48,937 nt of DNA. Source: an uncultured Anaerolineae bacterium. Lineage in GTDB: Bacteria; Chloroflexota; Anaerolineae; VGOG01. Shown here piece after piece: positions 8,326-17,987 of the stretch. Location: positions 1-48,937 of the forward strand of contig CAYWWC010000002.1 in the NCBI GenBank assembly GCA_964461615.1, written 5' to 3'. A model generated the notes under the pieces. It searched no databases and was not told the origin of the DNA. It saw only the letters and a list, made by a program, of their open reading frames with translations. Both the position numbers and the translations under genes were made by a program. Position 1 is the first letter of the stretch. Every line of letters starts with the position of its first letter.

Positions 8326-9974
8326 AATGGCTCATGCTTTTCGCCATGTTGATCACAGCCGCAGCATTTGCACAGGTGACGCTGACGGTCGATGATGATA
8401 ATCCTCTTGAACTTGCAACGCTGGCAGATTATGCCGCGCTTTCGGGCAGGTCTGCCGATTCTCTTGTTGCGTTGATGATCGCTCGTCCATACGGATTCCA
8501 AATGTTGTGTCGGGATTACACGAATATTGACACAACAACCTATACCGCCGCCGCCTATGCTTATGCAGAATCCCCGTTTGGTGGAGATATTGTAGCTGCT
8601 CAGTTCAACGGATCAAAATACTGTTCGTGGACTGATGCTGATTTTCGAGATACACTGCAATGGCGTGACGGGATGCTGATCGAGGTGATTACAAACCCAT
8701 ACATTGGAACTGCTGGAACAGAGATTATTTATGCCCCTTGTGATCTTGATCAAGGTATTCTGGATCGTTATGGTGTTTGGCAACAGCGGGTTGAAAGTTC
8801 ATATATCGACACCCCGGATGACGACAGTTATTCCCACAACTGGAAGGTTTATTCGGTCTATATGGACGGAACCAATGTTCACGCCACGACTAATAACACA
8901 GAACACGCACCAATAGCGCACGGGAAAACCTCGCCGTATCAGGTAAATCCGGCAGACCCTGTAATTGGTGGCGGACACAATGCAAGTGGCAATGCTGATA
9001 ATTCGTTGTCTTACGAAGGGGCCGTGTCGATAGTTGCTGTGTGGCATTTTCCAAGTGAAGCCACTGGGGATAATTTTGACTTTACGCTGACATATGACGC
9101 GCTTGCAAAGTACATGCACATCCCAGACACAACCTTCAGAACATTAACTTCAGCAGGTGGATATGCCAGAAAGAATTTGACAACTGCAGGTCAGATGGAT
9201 ACGATAAAAATCATGCCGTCTGTTTTTTATCATCCAGCCGAAGTCCTTGACAGTCTGTTGGTGATCAAGGCAAACACGAAGAATACTGTCTGGTGGAATG
9301 ATTCTTTGACGCAGGGCAACACGGATCTTGGTGCAGTTCTGAACTTTGGTCAGGACGGATATGTCGCTCAAATTGACTCGTCTTACCGTGTTTATGTTTG
9401 TAGTTTGAACGTCAGAAATAACGATAATGGTCCGGGGATCAAGTTCAACGGTGATGCTGATGGTGAGATTGGGTGGAACGTACTCAAAAATAATTTAATC
9501 GGCATTGATCTCATAATTGCCGAAGCCCAAGATACCATTGAGGTTTACCACAATACAATTGTGGGTCCGGGTTCTGACGTGAACAATTCGCGAGGGGTCA
9601 GATCAAGTGCCTATGGCGGTGAGCCGGGAGGAGAATTAATTGTAACAGATAACATCGTCACTCTCCATAATGGGACAGCTTCATACGGCTATCAAAACGT
9701 AGCTGCCACAAAATTTTCTTACGGTCATACGTTGTTTTATTTGAACACTTCTAACACAAACGGGTCTTTTACTTCGATTGGGAACGATGTAACTGGACAA
9801 GTCCCCCAGTTTGTGGATGCTACGAGCCTGAATTTTTATCTGAAAGCAATTTCTCCTGCTTTTACAACGACATACACGGGTGGTACTTATTTGGGTGCGC
9901 TTGGCACAGAACCCGTTATTGGTCAGGGCGCACAGTTTCTTTTGTTTTTCAACGATGGAGTTGGTGATGACTAA
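8322..9974 (+). CDS. Secreted adhesin-like protein: LamG/concanavalin-like domain plus right-handed beta-helix
   Basis: Signal MKWLMLFAMLITAAAFA|Q; FNG...YMDG...IGG...YEGAVSIVAVW (LamG-like); HNTIVG, DNIV, PQFVD...NFYLKAISPA...LGA (pectin-lyase-like end). Confidence 0.75.
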   Translation: MKWLMLFAMLITAAAFAQVTLTVDDDNPLELATLADYAALSGRSADSLVALMIARPYGFQMLCRDYTNIDTTTYTAAAYAYAESPFGGDIVAAQFNGSKYCSWTDADFRDTLQWRDGMLIEVITNPYIGTAGTEIIYAPCDLDQGILDRYGVWQQRVESSYIDTPDDDSYSHNWKVYSVYMDGTNVHATTNNTEHAPIAHGKTSPYQVNPADPVIGGGHNASGNADNSLSYEGAVSIVAVWHFPSEATGDNFDFTLTYDALAKYMHIPDTTFRTLTSAGGYARKNLTTAGQMDTIKIMPSVFYHPAEVLDSLLVIKANTKNTVWWNDSLTQGNTDLGAVLNFGQDGYVAQIDSSYRVYVCSLNVRNNDNGPGIKFNGDADGEIGWNVLKNNLIGIDLIIAEAQDTIEVYHNTIVGPGSDVNNSRGVRSSAYGGEPGGELIVTDNIVTLHNGTASYGYQNVAATKFSYGHTLFYLNTSNTNGSFTSIGNDVTGQVPQFVDATSLNFYLKAISPAFTTTYTGGTYLGALGTEPVIGQGAQFLLFFNDGVGDD

Positions 9975-10206
9975 GCTCTGGGACAAGATTACAAGCACGA
10001 AACGCATTGCGTTTGCCACATATTTTCTGTTGTGGATTCTGGTATATATCCCGGCCTCTTCACTTATTGTGAAATTTGTTGGCGTTCCTGATGACATGGT
10101 ACTGGAAGGCTTGAAATGGTGTGCTGGTGTAGCTGGCGCGATCATTACCGGACAGTCTGTGTCTGACAGTATCATGGCAGGGAAGAAGACCAAGATTGAA
10201 AGCTGA
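9967..10206 (+). CDS. Putative holin
   Basis: 79 aa, two hydrophobic segments, I.GQ...D motif, basic C-terminus. Confidence 0.6.
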   Translation: MTKLWDKITSTKRIAFATYFLLWILVYIPASSLIVKFVGVPDDMVLEGLKWCAGVAGAIITGQSVSDSIMAGKKTKIES

Positions 10207-11030
10207 TGGCTTGGGACGAAATTCCTGTTGGCAGGGGAAAATTCAAAAAGGTCCGCAAAATACGGCTCAAGAACCCGAAGAGTCATGCGGAAATGTTCGA
10301 ACTTCTCCTGTCTTTTTTGGTTACGGAGGTGTTCCGCGACAAGGTTGTCGACGATGATTTCATGGATAAGAAATTTTCGATGCGCGACCTGCGTTATGCA
10401 TACCTTCGTTTGAAAGGAACCTCAAAGGCCGAGGCATACCGGGGGGCGGGATATGCCCCAACAAAGAATTACCGGCAGATTGAGGCAAAGGAAACAAATC
10501 CTGTAGTTAGGGAAATTATGCTTACTGTATTGTCAAAAGGGATGGTCGACGCAAATCTTCCGCCACAGGAACTGGTCAGGCGGATCATGGAGACGATTGA
10601 TCAGATCGAAGACCCAATTGACAAGAAGAATGCCCTGATGGAACTGGCTGTTCAGGCCGGTTATGGCATTCGTCCACTGGAAATCATCGCTGATGTTGAA
10701 AAACACGCCGGAGGAATGGAAGAAATCCTCCGTAAGATGATGGCTGTCCCCGAAAATAACGCAGCTGCTCTGGTGAACAATGTCGGATACGAAACTGATC
10801 AACTTCAAGGTGCGACCGGGGATGCCGGATCTGAGCCCGAAAGTTGGCCCGAATCCGGTGGAGTCGGTGTTGCAAGATCAACCAAGCAACGCGGGGCTCA
10901 CATCTCGGACGCTATTGTCGACTTGGCACTTGAAAATCGCGAGACTGTCGAACGAAGCCGAGTACCTAAACCACCCGCTTCTGACGATGAACGACAAGGC
11001 GTTGAGGGAGGTGCGGGAGAATCGGCCTGA
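10206..11030 (+). CDS. terS: Terminase small subunit
   Basis: AEAYRGAGYA HTH motif typical of TerS; directly upstream of TerL. Confidence 0.65.
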   Translation: MAWDEIPVGRGKFKKVRKIRLKNPKSHAEMFELLLSFLVTEVFRDKVVDDDFMDKKFSMRDLRYAYLRLKGTSKAEAYRGAGYAPTKNYRQIEAKETNPVVREIMLTVLSKGMVDANLPPQELVRRIMETIDQIEDPIDKKNALMELAVQAGYGIRPLEIIADVEKHAGGMEEILRKMMAVPENNAAALVNNVGYETDQLQGATGDAGSEPESWPESGGVGVARSTKQRGAHISDAIVDLALENRETVERSRVPKPPASDDERQGVEGGAGESA

Positions 11031-12684
11031 TGAATGGAAGTACCTCCTCGGTTGGCTGAAGGATGATCCGGTAGCTTTTGAAGTTTTTGCTCTCACACCA
11101 CGGGACCGCTACGGCAATATGTTGCCGGACAATAAGCATCCCGCCCTTGACGAAGGGGGACACGAAGGACTTGTTGGCCCCCGTTTCGGTGTCCCCCAGT
11201 TCCACATAGAAGCCCTTGACCGTCTTGCTTGCGGAACGGAACACCTTTGTATCATATGGCCTCGCGAACACGCTAAAACTACCGTCGAGCAAATTTTCAC
11301 CCTCCAATGTGTTACTTTCCGAAAGAAGCGATACATCCAATCGTTCTCCGAATCCAGAGAACAGGCGACATTGTGGCTTGATGCCGTTTCCCACGAGTTG
11401 TTGACAAACCCGCGTATCCATCTCCTTTCCGGCGGGGCTTTGAAAAAACTGCGTCGAACCCGCAGTCGGAAAGTCGAGGAAAACAAATGGTCAACGACCC
11501 GGATTGTGACCCAAAATGGCATCATGCTGGAGGCAATCGGCTGGGGTCAGAAGCCGCGAGGTCGTAAGTTCCGGTCGTTTCGTCCTGACCTTGTGTTTCT
11601 TGACGATTTCGAGAGTGAGGAAAACACCAATACGGAGAACCTGCGGGAAAAAGTCAGGCGGTTCATCCGTCGCAAGGTCATGCCAGCCATCGAAAAGCAG
11701 GGTGGGCAGCTGGTTCTTACCGGCACAATCGTTCATGTCGACTCCTTCCTGAACCGTTCATACAACATTTACCAGCAGATGTTGAGCACAGGACAGCCCA
11801 ACTTCTGGGAAGTGATGTTCCTTCAGATCGAAGATACGAACGGTAAGCCTATCTGGGGCAAGCGGTATTCAAAAGAATGGATCATCCGAAAAGGCATAGA
11901 AGCTCGTGCTGCTGGTGACTGGGAAGGCTTCCGGCAAGAGTATTACAACGAACCAATGTCTGATGAAAAACGCCGGATGAAGCCTCATGTCCGGTTGTTT
12001 GACGGAAATCTCTTTTGGCGAAACGGCGGCATGGAACCGTGGATGACGATTAAACGCTATCTTCGCCACAACAACGCTTTGCCGGGGGCGATCGAGCCGC
12101 GCAATCAATTTGATCAGATTACTGTCCCGGTTCACATCTATGCCGGACTTGATTTGGGATTCACAAATAAGGACGAATCTGATTATACGGCGATGATTTT
12201 GGTTGCGGTCGATCCTGATGAAAACTACTACTATTTTCATGACACATCCGGTCCAATGGATTACGGTCAAATTGAAATGGGTCTGGATAGAGCGGACTCC
12301 CAGTTCCGCCCAATTTTATGGCGTTCAGAAACAAATGGGGCGCAAGGGCTGGTACAGGCTGGGATTCAGAGAAACCGGGCTACACAAAATCGACCGCCCT
12401 TTAATATTATCGCAGATGCTGAGAGTATTGGCAAAGACGCACGAATTGATCGTATATTAGGACCATTGAGGAAAGGGAACGTCTACGTCCATATTACTTT
12501 GACAAATTACCTGAAGGATATGGACGATTGGCCTTCGCCAGCAAGACGGGACAGGTTGGACGCGGGAGAAAAGGCAATCAGGGAAGCGATGCCTCCGCCG
12601 CGACCTCCGACACTGAATGCTGAAGGTTTTTATGATGACGAGGAAGTCGAAGTTCAAGATGACTCAAGCTGGATAACGGTATGA
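10780..12684 (+). CDS. terL: Terminase large subunit
   Basis: PREHAKTT Walker A, RG...RPDLVFLDDFE Walker B, GT..H.DS, F.QEYYNEP, nuclease GLDLG...SDYTA and DRLDA; start could be 10988. Confidence 0.93.
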   Translation: MSDTKLINFKVRPGMPDLSPKVGPNPVESVLQDQPSNAGLTSRTLLSTWHLKIARLSNEAEYLNHPLLTMNDKALREVRENRPDEWKYLLGWLKDDPVAFEVFALTPRDRYGNMLPDNKHPALDEGGHEGLVGPRFGVPQFHIEALDRLACGTEHLCIIWPREHAKTTVEQIFTLQCVTFRKKRYIQSFSESREQATLWLDAVSHELLTNPRIHLLSGGALKKLRRTRSRKVEENKWSTTRIVTQNGIMLEAIGWGQKPRGRKFRSFRPDLVFLDDFESEENTNTENLREKVRRFIRRKVMPAIEKQGGQLVLTGTIVHVDSFLNRSYNIYQQMLSTGQPNFWEVMFLQIEDTNGKPIWGKRYSKEWIIRKGIEARAAGDWEGFRQEYYNEPMSDEKRRMKPHVRLFDGNLFWRNGGMEPWMTIKRYLRHNNALPGAIEPRNQFDQITVPVHIYAGLDLGFTNKDESDYTAMILVAVDPDENYYYFHDTSGPMDYGQIEMGLDRADSQFRPILWRSETNGAQGLVQAGIQRNRATQNRPPFNIIADAESIGKDARIDRILGPLRKGNVYVHITLTNYLKDMDDWPSPARRDRLDAGEKAIREAMPPPRPPTLNAEGFYDDEEVEVQDDSSWITV

Positions 12685-14756
12685 TTCAGGCTGGCTTTGA
12701 ACAGGGAATAGGCATAGGGCAGATGGCCCAGATTGAGGATGAAGAACTTCTTCCTTCGAGTCGGGACGGTCTTCTTGGTGCTCTCGATCCGCCTCCGCAC
12801 ACGTTAAGCATTGATGCCGCTTCCAAATCAAACATCAATGGCAGTGATGTTCATCATGAAATTGAAGAGCGCCTGACGGCGTTTCGTTCGTTTCATGATC
12901 GAGCTCTTCGTGGTATGGAAATGATCTGGGGCGGGCATTATACGGCTGCTGAAATCGCCGCAATGAAACGCCAGAAGATGACCCCGATCAAGATGAATTA
13001 CTTGCGTCAGGCCGTTCGTTCTCTTGTTCGGTATTATACCGCAAATAATCCGTCATTTGATGTTGTTGCGATGGAGGGCGGCGACGAACAAATGGCTTCG
13101 GTATTCGGTTTCCTGTTGCGGCGGATGTTTCATATCAGCCGTGGCAACATGCAGATGCAACGAGCTGTCAAATGGCTTATCGGTTCTGGGCAAACCACGA
13201 TTGTCCCCTATTGGGATGCCTTAGCCGAGCGCGGCAGGGGTGATTTGAAGTTCCGACATTGGCCTACCCACCAATCTCTTCCTGATCCATATTCACAAGA
13301 CCCGCTATATACCGACACCGACCTTTGGCTGTTGTTCCAGTATGTAACACCACAACAGGCAATGCGTCATTATCCTCATCTGGCACAGGAACTCCAGTAT
13401 GTGGCCTCTGTGCCGGATGTTTCCAGACCGGGATCGAACTGGACAACACACGAAGGTGTCCCGTTTCAGGAAAATCAGAACGCCTCGATGTTACGCCAGT
13501 CCCAAGCGTTCCGTAGAACATGGGCTCCTCTGTATGTTTTACACACACCGTATGATACTTTTGAATTTAATATGCCACCGGATACAATCCCGTGGGCATT
13601 GCAGTTGTTACAGCAACAAATGGCCCGAATAGAAGTTCAGTCACAGAATATTTACGAGACATCGGTATTTCTGGACCGTCTGCAGGTTAGCCCGTGGATG
13701 AAATTATATACAGACACCTGCCCCGTGGTTTCGACTTCGTATGAGGATACGGGCGGCTATGAACCGATGTCCAATACACAACCAATGGGCGAGCCTGAAT
13801 TTGTCCATGAAGTTGTCAGAACCTTGAACAAGGCAATGTCAACTGTCATGCTTCATGCCCAGCAAACCGCAAACCCACGCATTGCTTATCCTACCGGATC
13901 ACTGCAGGGAGCTCAGAATGCCCAGATGGACAAGGCTCGCCAGATGTTCAGTGCGCCGGGATCACATTTACCATTTAATGGTCAGACTCCACCGATCACG
14001 CTTTCACCAACCCCGATGAACGAGGCGTTCTATGGAATTTACCTCGAAATGGCTAAATTCCTTCGTGAAACAACAGGGTCTGACGTATTCCTGCACGATG
14101 CTCGGGCCGCCGAAACATGGCACGGGTATCTTGCACAGCTGGAAAACGCGAGAGAACAGGTTGGTGATGTCACTGATCGAATCGAAGCTATGCTCGTCCA
14201 GCTTGGTTCAGCGTCTGTCCAGATGATGCAGCAGTATTATGCTGGTCAGCCCAGAACATTCCGCATGATGAATGATCGTGTTGCAAAAGAACGTCAGGTC
14301 CGTGTGAATGATGTGACTGCAATTGGTCCGGGGATTATTGGTAAATTGCTGGATGTTTCGCAGGGTCGGTATGATGTCCAAGTCGTTGGAGGTTCTTATG
14401 CTCCTACCCAGCGCACGGCAAAGTTGTCTGCCATGCTTGAACTTGCGCGTGAAGGCATTGTTGATGGTACGGAAGTGCGGAAGCTGGCTCCGATTGAAAA
14501 TCCGCAGGAAATAGAACAGCGGATGGGCGAAGTTCAGAAGATGCAGCACCTGCTTGAGGCTTATGAACGTGATCTCAGTCAGAAGAATATCCTGTTGCGG
14601 CAGTTCTTGAAGCAGGTTATGGAAGCTGATCGTATGATCGCGAAAGTGCAACTTACCGGCGAAAAGAACGTCGAACTTGAAAAATTCCGAGCTAAACTGG
14701 CTCTGATGGCAGCAGAAGCAGAACAGGAACTTGAAAAAGAAGGAGCTGAAGGATGA
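12681..14756 (+). CDS. Portal protein (P22/SU10-like)
   Basis: Follows TerL; N.LR..V...N.P.F.V.A.EG.DE.MA, GRYDVQV..G...PTQR, C-terminal coiled coil. Confidence 0.88.
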   Translation: MIQAGFEQGIGIGQMAQIEDEELLPSSRDGLLGALDPPPHTLSIDAASKSNINGSDVHHEIEERLTAFRSFHDRALRGMEMIWGGHYTAAEIAAMKRQKMTPIKMNYLRQAVRSLVRYYTANNPSFDVVAMEGGDEQMASVFGFLLRRMFHISRGNMQMQRAVKWLIGSGQTTIVPYWDALAERGRGDLKFRHWPTHQSLPDPYSQDPLYTDTDLWLLFQYVTPQQAMRHYPHLAQELQYVASVPDVSRPGSNWTTHEGVPFQENQNASMLRQSQAFRRTWAPLYVLHTPYDTFEFNMPPDTIPWALQLLQQQMARIEVQSQNIYETSVFLDRLQVSPWMKLYTDTCPVVSTSYEDTGGYEPMSNTQPMGEPEFVHEVVRTLNKAMSTVMLHAQQTANPRIAYPTGSLQGAQNAQMDKARQMFSAPGSHLPFNGQTPPITLSPTPMNEAFYGIYLEMAKFLRETTGSDVFLHDARAAETWHGYLAQLENAREQVGDVTDRIEAMLVQLGSASVQMMQQYYAGQPRTFRMMNDRVAKERQVRVNDVTAIGPGIIGKLLDVSQGRYDVQVVGGSYAPTQRTAKLSAMLELAREGIVDGTEVRKLAPIENPQEIEQRMGEVQKMQHLLEAYERDLSQKNILLRQFLKQVMEADRMIAKVQLTGEKNVELEKFRAKLALMAAEAEQELEKEGAEG

Positions 14757-15379
14757 AAAAGCCCTGCTTTGGACTGTGGATTGTTTTGCTGATCGCAGTC
14801 CTCATGGCCCTGCCCGCACAGGCAGAAGACTGGTGGACAAACACGGCACATTTGTATCATCCCGCTGTTGGTGATACGGCGGAAGATGCATTGTCAACAG
14901 ATTCCATCGTCACTTTCTCGTATCAGTTGGGACGATTACCGGCTGGTTATTTTTATCGTGATGATTGTCAGGCAGCCATTCGGTTAAAACTCGAATGTTT
15001 GGATGATGAAGATTCGTCTGGGACACAAGCACTTCGAAATCTGCAATGGTTTATGTCTGATAATGATTCTTCTGAAGGATGGTTTTCCCAGCGGCGTACT
15101 TTCTTTTGGGATAGTACAAAGGGAAGCCCAACCATTGGGACTTATCCGATTGTAGAAAAGTTGGACTCTATTGCGGATTTGGACACGAACACATGGGTTT
15201 GGCTATGGCTTGAGCCGCAGAAGGAATCATTGTACGATACTGCAAAAGCGGGGCGGCTCCGATATGAGCCGTACCCAACAACTGGAAATTTATGGGTAGA
15301 AATGGATTTTGTTGATTATACGAACGGCGATTCCATTAAGATTTCTGTTGAAAAAAGAGTAATTCAGTGGGACGAATAG
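14753..15379 (+). CDS. Secreted (Sec signal peptide) protein inside the head module
   Basis: MKKPCFGLWIVLLIAVLMALPAQA|ED with AxA site; ATGA overlap with portal; AGGAG RBS. Confidence 0.8.
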   Translation: MKKPCFGLWIVLLIAVLMALPAQAEDWWTNTAHLYHPAVGDTAEDALSTDSIVTFSYQLGRLPAGYFYRDDCQAAIRLKLECLDDEDSSGTQALRNLQWFMSDNDSSEGWFSQRRTFFWDSTKGSPTIGTYPIVEKLDSIADLDTNTWVWLWLEPQKESLYDTAKAGRLRYEPYPTTGNLWVEMDFVDYTNGDSIKISVEKRVIQWDE

Positions 15380-15407
15380 CGTTCCACATTTAACCACTTG
15401 CCAAAGT

Positions 15408-15458
15408 GGAGACCCCGAATGGGAAATTCGCATAGCGGAGACCCCCAGATGGAAATTC
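15408..15458 (+). repeat. Tandem 22-bp imperfect direct repeat upstream of the scaffold gene
   Basis: GGAGACCCC-N5-GGAAATTC at 15408 and 15437. Confidence 0.7.
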
Positions 15459-15474
15459 ACGACCGGAGGCAAAG

Positions 15475-16605
15475 ATGGACCCGAGGATGGCAGCAGACAT
15501 TTCCCCAACAGGGGATGTTCATCAGGGTGGTGAAATGGATCTACCGCCAGCACGAAACATGCTGAACGGTGGTATACCACAACCACAACAACCAGTAACA
15601 CCCAGACCTTCAGACCAGATTATGGGACAGCCGCCTGCGGCAGATCCATTTTTTGCGCCAGAAGGTGCTGGTAACATGCAACCGCCGGTTGAAATGGATG
15701 TTCCTTCTCCGAGAGAACGATTTGAATCGTTCACTCAGCCGAAGCCACAGCCACAGCCGGATGTGCAAACTCAAAGCGGTTTTGGGCCGAGAGATGCGTT
15801 TTGGATGAGTCAGGCGCATCAAACTCAAAATCAATTGAACGGTGTTTTGAACCAGCTCGGTTTGAATAACCCAAATCAATTAACTCCAGAACTTGTATCC
15901 AACATTCGTCAATCCTTTGCCAAAGGTACGGAGCAAGAAGAAGCTCCGGGACCGCCCCCAATTCCAGAGGGTGGCATTGATACCACGGATGAAGACGGTA
16001 TGGCGAAGTTGGGTGATTGGATGCACCAGCTTATTGGTTATTCCATGAATGACCACATGAGTAAGCATGAAAGTCGTCGAGACCTGATGGACTCGTTGGC
16101 TGCACAGCATCCTGAACTTCAAAATCCCCAGCAAAGGGATAACTTCCTCAAGTTTATGGAAGATCCGGGCAATTGGTCGCCTGAGATTTTTTATCAGGTG
16201 TATAACCAAACTCAACAGCAAGCAGCAGGTAACAACATGTTTCCACCGCAAGGAATGCCACCGCAAGGTTATCCTCAGCAGCCTCAGCAGCCTCCGCAGA
16301 TGCAGCCGCAACCGCAGATGCCGCAGCAGCCGATGATGCCTCAGCCGGGACAACCACAGGTGCCAATGCAGCCGATGTCGCCGCAGTTTGCACAACAGCC
16401 GCCAATGGCTCCGCAGTGGAATCCAAACATGTATTATCAACATCCATACGGACAGCCCCCGACCATCATGAATGTTCAGCCGCGTGGATTCCCACAGCAG
16501 CCGAACCAGCAGATGCAACCGGGAATGGGCGATCCGGGCGATATTGAATTCCAGAAGACCATCAAGGATTTGCATGACAAATCCCGTGCGACTTCTTACC
16601 TGTGA
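15475..16605 (+). CDS. Putative capsid scaffolding protein, P/Q/M-rich
   Basis: Immediately upstream of MCP; disordered termini, helical core, GGAGG RBS. Confidence 0.65.
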   Translation: MDPRMAADISPTGDVHQGGEMDLPPARNMLNGGIPQPQQPVTPRPSDQIMGQPPAADPFFAPEGAGNMQPPVEMDVPSPRERFESFTQPKPQPQPDVQTQSGFGPRDAFWMSQAHQTQNQLNGVLNQLGLNNPNQLTPELVSNIRQSFAKGTEQEEAPGPPPIPEGGIDTTDEDGMAKLGDWMHQLIGYSMNDHMSKHESRRDLMDSLAAQHPELQNPQQRDNFLKFMEDPGNWSPEIFYQVYNQTQQQAAGNNMFPPQGMPPQGYPQQPQQPPQMQPQPQMPQQPMMPQPGQPQVPMQPMSPQFAQQPPMAPQWNPNMYYQHPYGQPPTIMNVQPRGFPQQPNQQMQPGMGDPGDIEFQKTIKDLHDKSRATSYL

Positions 16606-16657
16606 TAGCTGAAGAGTCGGAACTCTGACTTGAGGAGCAACGAAAAGGAGTTTTATC

Positions 16658-17923
16658 GTGGCAATTTATAATCCGGGCTCTGGTAGCTCGCCTGCCAACA
16701 TGTGGAACACTTATGTAGATGCTGGTAACAGTGTTTATGGTCCGATCAGTGAACGGCGCGTTCGTGATTTGGATTCGGTGATTCACTGGCTTGAACCGGA
16801 TCAAACGCCGTGGTACACCTTCTTGACCTCGCTTCCGGCTCGTACAACTGTGAACCCGAAGTTCGAGTGGTTTGAAGGTGATGCACTGGCTCGATCCGAC
16901 ACTGTATCCAGTGGTGATACATGGGCCAGTAATGAAGCGACCCTCACCATGTCGGATGGCGATCTGTTCCATACTTACCAGATCGTTCAGATGCAGTACA
17001 CTGACGTCACAGCATTTAACGTCATTGCGATTGTGACGGGTGTCAGTGGAAACAATGTTACGTTCAAAGGCATTACCGGTCATGCAACTTCCACTGTTGC
17101 GAACGATACCGTTGTGGAAATCATCGGTACAGCGCACCCGGAAGGTTCTGGTCGTGGTGAAGCACACATGCAGGCGATGGTTCCGAAAAGCAACTTCACT
17201 CAGATTTTCAAGTCCGAAGTTGCAATGTCGGGTACTGCTGTACAGGCTGCATGGTACGGTATGGACGAATGGAAGCTCCGTGTCATGGAAGCAACCGTTG
17301 CTCACAAGAAGGACATTGACTTTGGCCTTCTGATGGGTGAATGGTTTAACTCCGGCACAGAGACTTACGACAACAACGTCTTTTCCGGTTCGACCATGTA
17401 CACAGCTCACCGTGCTTCGCGCGGTTTCTACCGCTTCATTTCCACCAACAGCGGTTCGGCGGCTGACACTGATTACACGCTGCGTTCCGGTGGCACCAAC
17501 TTCTTCTACACGGCCCGTCAGTACCTGCGGTATGGTTCAAAGCGGAAGATCCTCATGGTCTCTGACTATGTGGCTGCGTTCTATCAGCTGAAGGATTTCC
17601 TCGAAGACACACCGCAGGTTCAGATTGAAAAGCCGCGTACCACGAAGCTGGGCTTCAACGCGCAGTCGTTCCTGACACCGTTCGGCACCGTTGATCTCGT
17701 CATTCACCCGCGCTTGTCCAGTTCGGATTACTCTGGTTACAATTTCTGGATTGATCCAGCAAATGTCCGTCGCCGTCCGATGCGGAACCGTGACACGAAG
17801 TACCGTCCGATTCCGTTCACCGGTCAGGACTCGGTTGAAGGCGAAATCCTGACAGAGGTCGGCCTGCAGTGCATGCAGGAACAGACCCACGGTTTCTTTG
17901 AAATCACGGGTCTGACCTCATAA
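16658..17923 (+). CDS. Major capsid protein (DUF5309/SU10-type HK97 fold)
   Basis: TP...PKFEWFE, NFTQIF...V.MSGT, HK.DI...LL.G, TPFGTV.LV.HP, RP..NRDT, G.ILTE.GL...EQTHG; AGGAG RBS. Confidence 0.9.
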   Translation: MAIYNPGSGSSPANMWNTYVDAGNSVYGPISERRVRDLDSVIHWLEPDQTPWYTFLTSLPARTTVNPKFEWFEGDALARSDTVSSGDTWASNEATLTMSDGDLFHTYQIVQMQYTDVTAFNVIAIVTGVSGNNVTFKGITGHATSTVANDTVVEIIGTAHPEGSGRGEAHMQAMVPKSNFTQIFKSEVAMSGTAVQAAWYGMDEWKLRVMEATVAHKKDIDFGLLMGEWFNSGTETYDNNVFSGSTMYTAHRASRGFYRFISTNSGSAADTDYTLRSGGTNFFYTARQYLRYGSKRKILMVSDYVAAFYQLKDFLEDTPQVQIEKPRTTKLGFNAQSFLTPFGTVDLVIHPRLSSSDYSGYNFWIDPANVRRRPMRNRDTKYRPIPFTGQDSVEGEILTEVGLQCMQEQTHGFFEITGLTS

Positions 17924-17933
17924 CCTGAAATCT

Positions 17934-17970
17934 TCTGGGGAGTTTCGGCTCCCCAGATGATTCTTTTGTT
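17934..17970 (+). terminator. Intrinsic terminator after MCP
   Basis: TCTGGGGAGT-TTCG-GCTCCCCAGA followed by a T-rich tract. Confidence 0.7.
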
Positions 17971-17987
17971 TGACGGAGGAAGGTATC

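Noticed and set aside
15880-16575. 231-aa minus-strand ORF rich in R/L/H
   Set aside because: Antisense shadow of the CAG/CCG-rich scaffold tract
16562-17410. 282-aa minus-strand ORF
   Set aside because: Antisense to the well-supported MCP; no motifs
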